A stretch of DNA of 36,588 nt, taken from the NCBI GenBank assembly GCA_023140255.1, contig JAGLLX010000002.1:1-36588 (forward strand), read 5' to 3'. Position numbers and translations under genes: made by a program. This document shows positions 25,368 through 34,132 of the stretch, piece after piece (position 1 is the first letter of the stretch; the number at the start of each line of letters is the position of its first letter). The notes below the pieces were generated by a model. It was not told where the DNA came from. It ran no database searches and was given only the letters and a program-made list of their open reading frames with translations. The stretch comes from Minisyncoccota bacterium (GTDB lineage: Bacteria > Patescibacteriota > Minisyncoccia > Phycocordibacterales > UBA12079).

Positions 25368-25868
25368 ATGAATTTAAAAAACCAACTTTCTCCTAAAGGA
25401 ACTGTTTTTTCTGAAAAAATAGAACGAATTGGAAAAAGAATATTACTAGGCTTTACTGCTTTTATAATTTTCTTGTTTATTATAACTAGTTTTATGGATG
25501 ATCCTGATCCAAGTAGTTACGCTGTAAAAAAAACTCCTGCTTCTGCAATAAAGATTGAAAAAGAAGAAGTGAAAGATTTATCTATAAGAGCTTTTGTATT
25601 ATCAAAACATTTTGTAGAAAGTTTTCTTAAATCTCCGTCTACTGCTGACTTTCCTTTTTTAGATTATTCAGTATTAGAACTAGGTGATGATAGATATAGT
25701 ATTCAATCATATGTTGATTCTCAAAATAGTTTTGGAGCAACCATGAGAACTAGATGGAAAGCTGTTTTGAGATATAACGGAGGTAGTGAATCAGATATTA
25801 ATAATTGGACGTTAAGAAGGCTTGAATTTGACGGAGAAGAGATGTATCAAGCTCCTCTTGAGCAATAA
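25368..25868 (+). CDS. Single-TM exported hypothetical protein
   Basis: TM ILLGFTAFIIFLFII; LKSPSTADF...SYVDSQNSFGA..R motif seen in phage/island proteins. Confidence 0.75.
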   Translation: MNLKNQLSPKGTVFSEKIERIGKRILLGFTAFIIFLFIITSFMDDPDPSSYAVKKTPASAIKIEKEEVKDLSIRAFVLSKHFVESFLKSPSTADFPFLDYSVLELGDDRYSIQSYVDSQNSFGATMRTRWKAVLRYNGGSESDINNWTLRRLEFDGEEMYQAPLEQ

Positions 25869-25894
25869 AATAAATATCTGATATAATATATCTA

Positions 25895-26090
25895 ACAATT
25901 AAATAAAAGTCTTGGTCTAGAAGAATATATAGCGATAAATTATATATTCAACCAGTAGACGGAACATCCACTGCTCTACCCCGATCAAAGTTGAAGCTAA
26001 CTTTGTCTATAACCAAGCAATTCTATTTTAATAGAATTTGAGGTGAGGGCCTTCGAACTTAATTAAGTTTGAAGGCCCTTTTGTTTATTT
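25895..26090 (+). ncRNA. Candidate structured sRNA with terminator
   Basis: TGATATAAT promoter; CTTGGT/ACCAAG closing a multibranch of hairpins; terminator AGGGCCTTCGAACTT/AAGTTTGAAGGCCCT-TTT. Confidence 0.5.
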
Positions 26091-26122
26091 AATTGGATTA
26101 ATAGTTAATAAAAAATTAAATT

Positions 26123-26647
26123 ATGAATCAAATAATTAGTAAAAATTTAAAATATAACATTTTATCAAATAATTCTATAAAACTACCTTTGACTTATGAA
26201 GTTGAAACCATAAATAAGGAATTAATTGAAGGAAATCCTTATGATGATATAGGAGATGGTATTTGCGATAGATATGATAGATATGAATGTTTTTTGAAAC
26301 AACAACGAAGAACTCTTTTAAATAAAAGAAAATTTTTAATATCTTATGAAAAATATGGAGGGAATATTACAATTACTTGTAAAGTAATCGGGATAAAAAG
26401 CAGAAAAACTATATATAATTGGATAGAGAAAGATAAATATTTTGCTGAAGCAATGGAGGATATAACAAGTATAAAAGGAGATTTTTATGAAGATCTATTA
26501 TTAGCTTTTGCATATAAAGGAAATATTAGTGCTCTAAGATTTTTTCTTTCTCATAATCACCCTAAATATATGACTCATCGTAAATACTACAAACCTTCAG
26601 AAAAGAAAACTTATGGAGATCTATGTGATTTAAACTCAATCGTGTAA
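26123..26647 (+). CDS. Phage-like HTH protein (terminase small subunit-like)
   Basis: GNI..TC..IGI.SRKTIYNW..KD..F, ED.L......GN.SA..FFL. Confidence 0.6.
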   Translation: MNQIISKNLKYNILSNNSIKLPLTYEVETINKELIEGNPYDDIGDGICDRYDRYECFLKQQRRTLLNKRKFLISYEKYGGNITITCKVIGIKSRKTIYNWIEKDKYFAEAMEDITSIKGDFYEDLLLAFAYKGNISALRFFLSHNHPKYMTHRKYYKPSEKKTYGDLCDLNSIV

Positions 26648-27195
26648 TTTTAGGGTGTATATATGCAAAAAACGTGTAATTTTAAATTTATTCAAATTTT
26701 AATGATTAAATTAAACAGTTGGAAAATTTGAAAAACCCGTGTTTTTTTCCAATGGCTCCAATCATTTTATTAAAAACCTTGAAATACAGTAGATCTCTCC
26801 TGTGCGACATTTGCGACATTTCTAATTTTTTTTGAAAAAAAATGCTGTTTTCGTCCCATGTGTCCCGTTTGAGATTGGACCTTTCGATGAAAAACCTGTG
26901 TTTTTGTCCAATGAGTCTAACTTAATTAAGAAGTTTTTTAAAAATATCTAAAATTAGAATCATTTACTACCCATTGGACTTTTTTGAAAAACCCGCAATT
27001 TTGTCCAATATGTCCAACTTTTTTTGTAAAAAGTGCTATTTCGTCCGATTCGTCCGGTGAAATTTAATATTTTTCTAAAAATTTATAAAAAATAACAATT
27101 TCAATAGTTTCTCCTGTGTGACATTTGTTGCATTTCTAGGATTTGTTTACTAAAATTTTCTAAAAAACCTTGAAATCTCGGCAATTTCAGCAACC
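26641..27195. repeat. Non-coding field of interspersed repeats with 9-bp-period hexamer pairs
   Basis: Unit A at 26719, 26875 and 26974; unit B at 26796 and 27110; unit C at 26843 and 27034; AAAAACCTTGAAAT twice. Confidence 0.8.
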
Positions 27196-27344
27196 ACCAA
27201 ATTGCTATAGAATGTTGAAAATAAACATCTATTTTGATTTTTCTAATAATTTTTTACCCCCGACCCACAGTCATAAGAAAAATTACAAAAATAATGCTAA
27301 AATACCCTTATAATACTTAATTGTGCTATTACTTAACCTTAGTG

Positions 27345-27408
27345 GCCCGCAACATCGTGCTAGCACGAAGACGTTATTGTCTTCGGGTGCTCGAAGTAGT
27401 TTGTAGGC
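27345..27408 (+). other. attC-like recombination site (degenerate)
   Basis: GCCCGCAAC...AGCACGAAGAC/GTCTTCGGGTGCT...TTGTAGGC imperfect hairpin with extrahelical bases, upstream of an orphan gene. Confidence 0.45.
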
Positions 27409-27451
27409 AAACTTCTATACAAATTTATTGGTTGTGTTAGGATAAAATAAA

Positions 27452-28144
27452 ATGAAGATTGAACCCAATTATAATGGCTTCCAAGAGTTTTTTTCTGAAA
27501 ACCAAAAAAACGCTAAAGAAGAATTCAAAAGCCTAAATGAAGAATTTAGTGGAATTTTTGACGAGGTAATAAAACTCGGAGTTGGAACAAATTTAGGAGC
27601 TGGCCAGAAACAAAAAGGAACGGCAATCACATTTTATCTTCGTGCTGCAAAATATTTATACACCTCTTATGATTTATCCATAACAGGACATACAGAGGAA
27701 TCAAGAATTTTACTAAGAAATGCTATTGAATTACTAATACTCGGCTTCCTGATTTCTGAAAAAGATGATGTATATAATCTTTGGCTTGAATGTTATGATT
27801 TAAGAATAAAGAATACCGATAAACACGGGAATGTTGATATGGAATTGGCAAAGGAAAAAAGATTTTGGGTTAGTCAGATAAGAACGGGTCACTTGAAATT
27901 TTTAGAAGATAGTAAAGACACTTCCCACCTGTATACAACCTGGAAAGATTTCTCAACACGTTATTCTCATGAAAATATGTACAATCTTGCTGTCAGAATA
28001 GAGACGAATGATGATAGAACTGAAATCTATATTGGAGACGGATACGATTCAAAGACAAGACGAATGCCTCAAAATTTACATCTAATATTGGATATTATGA
28101 AAGATATATTGTCTTTTATAAAAAAGATAAAACAGGAAATATAA
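27452..28144 (+). CDS. Hypothetical protein (DUF5677/HEPN-like helical family)
   Basis: ILLRNAIE and Y....DFS..YSH pattern. Confidence 0.55.
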   Translation: MKIEPNYNGFQEFFSENQKNAKEEFKSLNEEFSGIFDEVIKLGVGTNLGAGQKQKGTAITFYLRAAKYLYTSYDLSITGHTEESRILLRNAIELLILGFLISEKDDVYNLWLECYDLRIKNTDKHGNVDMELAKEKRFWVSQIRTGHLKFLEDSKDTSHLYTTWKDFSTRYSHENMYNLAVRIETNDDRTEIYIGDGYDSKTRRMPQNLHLILDIMKDILSFIKKIKQEI

Positions 28145-28265
28145 CACGCACGAGGACCTTAATTTTGATAAATTGAAATAGTTAAAAATAACCTTACTGG
28201 ATTTAGCCGACCACAGTTCTAGCACGAGGTAGCCCGTAACAGTTTTTTAAAATAGCGATAGTATT

Positions 28266-28751
28266 ATGAATAATATTAAATTAAAAAAAGATTTAATAAA
28301 TAAAGATAAATATCAAGTATTTCTGTGTGTTTGTCCTGCAAATTTACTATTTAGTTTTGCAATACATCCGTGGTTTGTTATTAATCATAAGGGAACAGTA
28401 TCACGTTGGGAGGTTTTATTTCCTCGACGAAAACATAATTTAAGATTTGGTTATTTAAATAAAAATTTCTATTCTTTATTTCAAGGAATAGAAATTTTAC
28501 CGTTTTCTCAAAAATATTTTTGGAAAGGGAAAATATTGTCTAAAATAGAAGGGGATGAAAATTCTGTAGCTGCACAAATGATAGATTTTATTGAGAAATC
28601 TAATCAAAATTATCCGTATACTGAAAAATACTGTCTTATTGGTCCAAACAGTAATACTTATATTCAGTGGGTACTTAATTACTTTCCTCAGTCAAATATG
28701 GTTTTGCCATGGAATGCTATTGGAAAGAATAAAGCACGAAAGCTTAAATGA
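28266..28751 (+). CDS. DUF3750-like protein
   Basis: A.HPWF, RWEV, YPY...Y...GPNSNT..QW.L, LPWNA.GK. Confidence 0.7.
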   Translation: MNNIKLKKDLINKDKYQVFLCVCPANLLFSFAIHPWFVINHKGTVSRWEVLFPRRKHNLRFGYLNKNFYSLFQGIEILPFSQKYFWKGKILSKIEGDENSVAAQMIDFIEKSNQNYPYTEKYCLIGPNSNTYIQWVLNYFPQSNMVLPWNAIGKNKARKLK

Positions 28752-28763
28752 TTTCAATTAAAT

Positions 28764-29432
28764 TTAATGAGCCAAAGCCACACAAATAATTTGTTTAGGA
28801 TTGTGTTGTTGAAGGGTTCTTTTGGCTTCGTTCATGGTAGTTCCTGTAGTAATAACATCATCTAGTAAAATTATATTTCTATCTTGGATTAATTTTGGCA
28901 TTACAACTTTAAAACAATCTCTCAGATTTTCTTCTCTTTCTTCTTTACTCTTGGTTCTCGATTGGGGTAGGGTATTTTTCACTTTTTTTAAAATATTTTT
29001 CCGGTATTCAAAGGAACTATTTTTATCTAAGTTGTTTATTTCTAAAGCGATTAATTCTGTTTGATTATAGCCTCGCTCCCTTTTCTTTTTTGAAGTAATT
29101 GGAATGGAAATTAAAATAGGTTTATCAAAATTAGTTAGTAAATTTAACTCTGACAACTCTTCTATTAAATAATCGTAAGTAATTTGTCCAAAAAGTTGGG
29201 ATATTTTAATATTATTTTTAAATTTTAATGACCAGATTGCTTCTTTAACAAACTTATTCCTGTAATTAAATATTGCGATGGAATTTTTAAGAGGGGGAAT
29301 TTGGGCAGGGCTAGTTAATGATAAAAATTCCTCAATAGAAATATTTTTTAAAAGTTTTTGAGTCTTATTTAAAGGTAAAAAAGCATTTAAAGTTATTCCC
29401 CATATTTTATTAAAATAGTTGTTAAGTTTCAT
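28764..29432 (-). CDS. comF: ComF family competence phosphoribosyltransferase-like protein
   Basis: RERGYNQ, ER..NL...F, ILLDDVITTGTT. Confidence 0.93.
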   Translation of the reverse strand: MKLNNYFNKIWGITLNAFLPLNKTQKLLKNISIEEFLSLTSPAQIPPLKNSIAIFNYRNKFVKEAIWSLKFKNNIKISQLFGQITYDYLIEELSELNLLTNFDKPILISIPITSKKKRERGYNQTELIALEINNLDKNSSFEYRKNILKKVKNTLPQSRTKSKEEREENLRDCFKVVMPKLIQDRNIILLDDVITTGTTMNEAKRTLQQHNPKQIICVALAH

Positions 29433-29497
29433 TAACTATATGATATAATTAATATCAATATAGGGCGAGTTTTTTTAAATTAATGTGATTAATTGTT

Positions 29498-30667
29498 ATG
29501 TGGACAGATATTTTAGCAAAAACTAAAAGTTTAAATATTTTTAAAAAGAAATCTAAAAGTTTTTTAGGTATTGATATTGGTGGTTCTGCTATTAAAATAG
29601 TTCAATTAAAAAAAGATAAAGGTGTGGCTGTTCTGGAAACATATGGAGAAATGTCTCTAGGTCCTGTTGGCGGAACTGAAGTAGGACGCTCTACTAATTT
29701 AAACGATAAGCAGATAAGTTCTTCTATTTTAGATTTAATTAAAGAGTCCAGAGTTAGTGTTTTTAATTGTGGAATATCTATTCCTATTCGTTCTAGTTTA
29801 GTTTTTGAAATTGAAGTTCCTGAGATGCCAGAAAAACAGTTACAAAAAATTGTGCCTATTGAAGCAAGAAGATATATTCCAGTTCCTATCGCTGAAGTGA
29901 TCTTAGATTGGAGGATTATTCCAGAAGACCCTTTGTTAGAGGACGATGGAACTGAGGATAATCGTCCAGCTGTTAATAAATTTAAAGACGAAGATAAAAT
30001 TAAAGAAGGTGCTAACACAGGTAAAAAATTAAAGATTTTTGTTGTTGCTATTCATAAAAATGCTATAGAAAAATATAGAAGTATTGCCAAACAATCACAA
30101 TTAGCTTTGAACTTTTTGGAAATAGAAATTTTCAGTACAATTCGTTCTGTCGTAGACCATAATATTAGTACTGTAGCTATTTTAGATGTAGGGTCTAGTG
30201 TTAGTAAATTGTATATAGTTGAATATGGGGTGGTTAAAGACTCTCACATTATAAATAAAGGATCTCAAGATATAACATTAGCCATTTCTCGTACTTTAGG
30301 AATTTCTATAAAAGAAGCTGAAGAAAAGAAAAGAGAAATTGATTTAGCTAATACTAATAGCGAGAATAAAGAAATTAACGAAGTTATTGAGACAAATTTG
30401 AAATATATACTTATGGAAGTTAATAAAGTGTTAAAACAATACCAGACTAAAAATAGTAAAAATATTAAAGAGCTTATTTTTACAGGAGGGGGAACTGTAG
30501 TGAAAGGTTTAGAAGTATTTACTTCTAATAATTTAGAAATTAATGCTCGTATTGCAGATCCGTTTTCAAAAGTTAAAACACCTGCTTTTCTTGATGATGT
30601 TTTGGGAGAAATTGGTCCAGAATTTGCAGTTGCAGTAGGGTTAGCTCTTAGAGGGCTGGAAGGATAA
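29498..30667 (+). CDS. pilM: Type IV pilus assembly protein PilM
   Basis: GIDIG..AIK.V.L, EARRYIP, ILDVG, FTGGG, AVAVGLALR. Confidence 0.95.
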   Translation: MWTDILAKTKSLNIFKKKSKSFLGIDIGGSAIKIVQLKKDKGVAVLETYGEMSLGPVGGTEVGRSTNLNDKQISSSILDLIKESRVSVFNCGISIPIRSSLVFEIEVPEMPEKQLQKIVPIEARRYIPVPIAEVILDWRIIPEDPLLEDDGTEDNRPAVNKFKDEDKIKEGANTGKKLKIFVVAIHKNAIEKYRSIAKQSQLALNFLEIEIFSTIRSVVDHNISTVAILDVGSSVSKLYIVEYGVVKDSHIINKGSQDITLAISRTLGISIKEAEEKKREIDLANTNSENKEINEVIETNLKYILMEVNKVLKQYQTKNSKNIKELIFTGGGTVVKGLEVFTSNNLEINARIADPFSKVKTPAFLDDVLGEIGPEFAVAVGLALRGLEG

Positions 30668-30798
30668 AAATACTTTTTAATATATCCACACCTTTCGTGA
30701 TGTAATTTGTTTTTTTAAGGTATAATATAAATACATAATTCTTGATCTCAAATTAGTTTATTTTTTATTGGGAGATAGAGCTAAATTATTTAAATTTT

Positions 30799-31368
30799 AT
30801 GGAGACTTCCTTTATTCCTAAAAAAAATTATAAAGAGAAAGCTGTTAATACTAAATATACGAGTTGGTTTTTGGTTATAGCTACTTTTATTTTTGCAGCG
30901 AGTGCTATTTTTGCAGGAGGAGTTTTCTTTTATAAAGGATTTTTAGAAAGTGAAATAAAAAATAAAAATACAATTTTGGAGAGAGAAAGAGGCGGTTTGG
31001 ATTTAGCTTTAATTCAAAAATTATCTAAATTTGATAAGAAAATAGAGGTAGCTAAAGAATTGTTAGATGACCATATTGCTTTAAGTTACTTATTTAATTT
31101 TTTGGAAGCTAATACATTAAAAGAAGTTATGTTTAATAATCTTAACTTTGAAGTAACTAAAGATGGTTATCAGCTTATTTTAGAAGGGAGAGCTAATAGT
31201 TATGCAGATGTAGCGGTGCAATCCAATGTGTTGAGCAGTAACAAGAATATTTTAGAACCAATATTTTCAGATTTAAGAGTAAATAGTAATGGAGATATAG
31301 TGTTTAAAGCTTCAATGAAAATGGACCCTAAGTTAATTTCTTATAAAGATAACTTAGAAGTAGAATAA
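30799..31368 (+). CDS. pilN: PilN-like protein
   Basis: TSFIPK N-terminus, single TM, coiled coil; position after pilM. Confidence 0.7.
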   Translation: METSFIPKKNYKEKAVNTKYTSWFLVIATFIFAASAIFAGGVFFYKGFLESEIKNKNTILERERGGLDLALIQKLSKFDKKIEVAKELLDDHIALSYLFNFLEANTLKEVMFNNLNFEVTKDGYQLILEGRANSYADVAVQSNVLSSNKNILEPIFSDLRVNSNGDIVFKASMKMDPKLISYKDNLEVE

Positions 31369-31372
31369 AATT

Positions 31373-31909
31373 ATGTTTAAGTTTATATTACCTACATTTT
31401 TAATATTACTATCAGGAGGATTATTTTTCTTTTACGCTGATTCTAGTTATCAAGATATAAAAGAATTAAAAGAAGAAAAAATTCAATATGACGAGGCTTT
31501 AAATAAATCTAGAGAATTGAGAGAAATTAGAGATGAACTATTGCAAAAATACAATAGTCTTGATTCTGATGATAAGGATAGATTAGAAAAAATTATTCCT
31601 GATAATGTAGACAATGTTAAATTGATAATGGAGATAGATTCAATTGCTTCTAAGTATGGAGCTGTTATTAGAAGAGTTGATGTTAATTCATCCATAGATG
31701 AGAGTGAGTCTTTAGGAAAAAGCGATAAGGAATATAACACTATTAAATTAGATCTTACTATTGAATCTTCATATGAAGATTTTAGTAAATTTTTAGGTGA
31801 CTTAAGTAATAATTTAAGAATAGTTGATGTTAATTTTCTTTCTTTTGAGTCAAATTATTTAAATTTATATCAGTTTAAACTTAGTTTTAAGACTTATTGG
31901 TTAAAATAA
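31373..31909 (+). CDS. pilO: Type IV pilus assembly protein PilO
   Basis: TM, coiled coil, IP, SYEDF..FL..L..NLRI.DV. Confidence 0.85.
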   Translation: MFKFILPTFLILLSGGLFFFYADSSYQDIKELKEEKIQYDEALNKSRELREIRDELLQKYNSLDSDDKDRLEKIIPDNVDNVKLIMEIDSIASKYGAVIRRVDVNSSIDESESLGKSDKEYNTIKLDLTIESSYEDFSKFLGDLSNNLRIVDVNFLSFESNYLNLYQFKLSFKTYWLK

Positions 31910-31921
31910 TAAAATTTAAAA

Positions 31922-32293
31922 ATGTTAAAAAAGATATTTAAAAAACAAATTTTTTTGATACTGATTGCTGGTATATTGCTTGTTTGGTTAACCCAAGTTA
32001 ATGCTAGTTCAAGCTCTCAGTTGGTTTCAATTAGTGATGGTGGAGATATAGACAGGGTTGGTAGAGAAACTTTAGAAATATTGTTAACTTTGAAAGCATT
32101 AGAATTAGATGAAGAATTTTTTGAACTTCTTGTCTTTAAAGAGTTAAAAGATTTTAGTATTGAGTTAGAAGATAAAGCTAAAGGAAGAAATAATCCTTTC
32201 AAAGATTTTCTTTTTGATGATGATGAATATGAAGATCTAAATGACGATTTAAATGATAGTTTAGATGATGACTTCAATGAAGAAACTGAATAA
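31922..32293 (+). CDS. PilP-position small membrane protein with acidic tail
   Basis: TM, GR.NPF motif; position between pilO and pilB. Confidence 0.55.
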   Translation: MLKKIFKKQIFLILIAGILLVWLTQVNASSSSQLVSISDGGDIDRVGRETLEILLTLKALELDEEFFELLVFKELKDFSIELEDKAKGRNNPFKDFLFDDDEYEDLNDDLNDSLDDDFNEETE

Positions 32294-32307
32294 TTTAAAT
32301 TAATTAT

Positions 32308-34032
32308 ATGAAGTATTTAGATATCTTATCTAAAAAGAATATAGTTACTCCTGAATTAGTAGATACAATAGAAGAAAGTTTAGCTGTTAGTGAAGAGAAT
32401 AGTTTAGATAAAATTCTTGCTGAAAAAGGTGTAACAAAAGAGGAAATTCTTAAAGCTAAAGAAGAGTTTTTTAATTTACCTTTTAGAGACTTAAGTGTTG
32501 CTGAATTTTCAAATAAGATTTTAAAATATGTTCCTGAGAAATCAGCTTTACATTATAAATTTATACCATTAGGTATTGTTGATAATTTTTTAGAAATAGG
32601 GATTGTAGACCCTTCTAAAATAGAAGCTCGAGATGCAATTCAATTTATTTCTTCAAAGGTAGGTTTACCTTTTAAACTTTTTGTAATTACAGAGGATGAT
32701 TTTGAGTTATTGTTTGAAGGGTATCGTGGTTTGAGAGGTGAAGTATCTCAAGTTTTAGATGAATTTGAATTAGAGTTAACAAAAGATGAAGAAGAGATCA
32801 GTAAAGAACTTAATAAGATAGGGAAACATACAAAACAAGAAACTGTAATAAAAGAAGACGCTCCTATTACCAAAATGGTAGCTATTATTTTAAAGTTTGC
32901 TCATGAAGGAGATGCTTCAGATATTCATATTGAACCTGTGAGAGACAAAGTACAAGTTCGTTTTCGTGTAGATGGCGTTCTTGATGTTCATTTAATTTTA
33001 CCAACAAAAGTTCACCAAGCTGTAGTAGCTAGAATTAAAATTTTAGCTAAGATGCGTTTGGATGAAAAAAGAAAACCACAAGATGGTCGTTTTACAGCTA
33101 TGGTTGATAAGTCTAAGATTGATTTTAGAGTATCTACTTTTCCTTCTTATTATGGAGAAAAGGTAGTAATGCGTCTTTTGGAATCAAACAAAGGGGTAAC
33201 AAAATTAGAGGATACAGGTTTGTCTAAGAAACATCTGGAAGTAATAAGAAGAGGTATTAAAAGAGATCATGGATTGATTTTAATTTCTGGACCAACTGGA
33301 TCAGGTAAAACAACAACTCTCTATGCTATTTTAAATGAAGTAGATAGATTAAGTAAAAATGTATTAAGTCTTGAAGATCCTGTAGAAAAAAATGTTGAAG
33401 GTGTAAGTCAGTCACAAGTAAGACCAGAAATAGGTTATACTTTTGCTAGTGGACTGAGAACAATTTTGCGGCAAGACCCTGATATCATCATGGTGGGTGA
33501 GATTAGAGATAAAGAGACTGCTGCTTTAGCTATTCAAGCAGCTCTAACAGGGCATTTAGTTCTTTCAACAATTCACACAAATGATGCTGTTGGAGTTGTT
33601 CCGAGATTGGTTGAAATGGGAGTAGATCCGTTTTTAATTGCACCTACTTTGATTATTTCTATGGCCCAAAGATTAACTAGAAAATTAGCAGAAGGGTCAG
33701 GAAAAGCTCTCCCTGTAAAAGGAAGTATTAAAATGATTATTGATAAAACTTTTGAAGGATTACCAGACAAGTTTAAAAAAGATATTGTTTTTCCAGAATT
33801 TGTTTATGAAGCTACTCCTACTGAAAATAACCCTGAAGGGTTGAAAGGAAGGACTGGTATTTATGAAGTGCTTGAAATAGATTCTGATATTGAAGAAATA
33901 ATTCTAACAAGTCCTGACAGTGTCTCTCTTGAAAAAATAGTTAGAGAAAAAGGTATGATGACAATGAAAGAAGATGGTTTCTTAAAGGCGTTTAAAAAGA
34001 TCATTCCTTTTGCAGAAGCTAATAAGTTTTAA
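32308..34032 (+). CDS. pilB: Type IV pilus assembly ATPase PilB (GspE/PulE family)
   Basis: ASDIHIEP, PQDGR, GPTGSGKTT, LRQDPD..MVGEIRD, TGHLVLSTIHTN. Confidence 0.95.
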   Translation: MKYLDILSKKNIVTPELVDTIEESLAVSEENSLDKILAEKGVTKEEILKAKEEFFNLPFRDLSVAEFSNKILKYVPEKSALHYKFIPLGIVDNFLEIGIVDPSKIEARDAIQFISSKVGLPFKLFVITEDDFELLFEGYRGLRGEVSQVLDEFELELTKDEEEISKELNKIGKHTKQETVIKEDAPITKMVAIILKFAHEGDASDIHIEPVRDKVQVRFRVDGVLDVHLILPTKVHQAVVARIKILAKMRLDEKRKPQDGRFTAMVDKSKIDFRVSTFPSYYGEKVVMRLLESNKGVTKLEDTGLSKKHLEVIRRGIKRDHGLILISGPTGSGKTTTLYAILNEVDRLSKNVLSLEDPVEKNVEGVSQSQVRPEIGYTFASGLRTILRQDPDIIMVGEIRDKETAALAIQAALTGHLVLSTIHTNDAVGVVPRLVEMGVDPFLIAPTLIISMAQRLTRKLAEGSGKALPVKGSIKMIIDKTFEGLPDKFKKDIVFPEFVYEATPTENNPEGLKGRTGIYEVLEIDSDIEEIILTSPDSVSLEKIVREKGMMTMKEDGFLKAFKKIIPFAEANKF

Positions 34033-34132
34033 TTTAGAAGATCGATTTTTCCCCAATTAATAATCATTTTAATACTTAAATTGTGTATAATTAAATAGAA
34101 TGTAGAAGTAAATTTCTACTTATTAAATAACT

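Larger units (their letters stand above)
12467..28250. mobile_element. Genomic/defence island adjacent to tRNA-Ser (boundaries approximate)
   Basis: Serine recombinase, LexA-like repressor, type I R-M, phage-like ORFs and repeats between tRNA-Ser and the core comF/pil genes; no att direct repeat found. Confidence 0.65.

Noticed and set aside
26641-27195. Repeat field as a CRISPR array
   Set aside because: Several degenerate repeat families with no constant repeat-spacer periodicity
12430-28260. attR copy of the tRNA-Ser 3' end closing the island
   Set aside because: No such direct repeat found by eye; the right boundary remains uncertain
1616-33770. Short ORFs nested in or antisense to long genes (1616, 5091, 9080, 14576, 15655, 16150, 16681, 17616, 19156, 20411, 20932, 22344, 28822, 29602, 31483, 32017, 33573)
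   Set aside because: Off-frame or antisense shadows of well-supported genes
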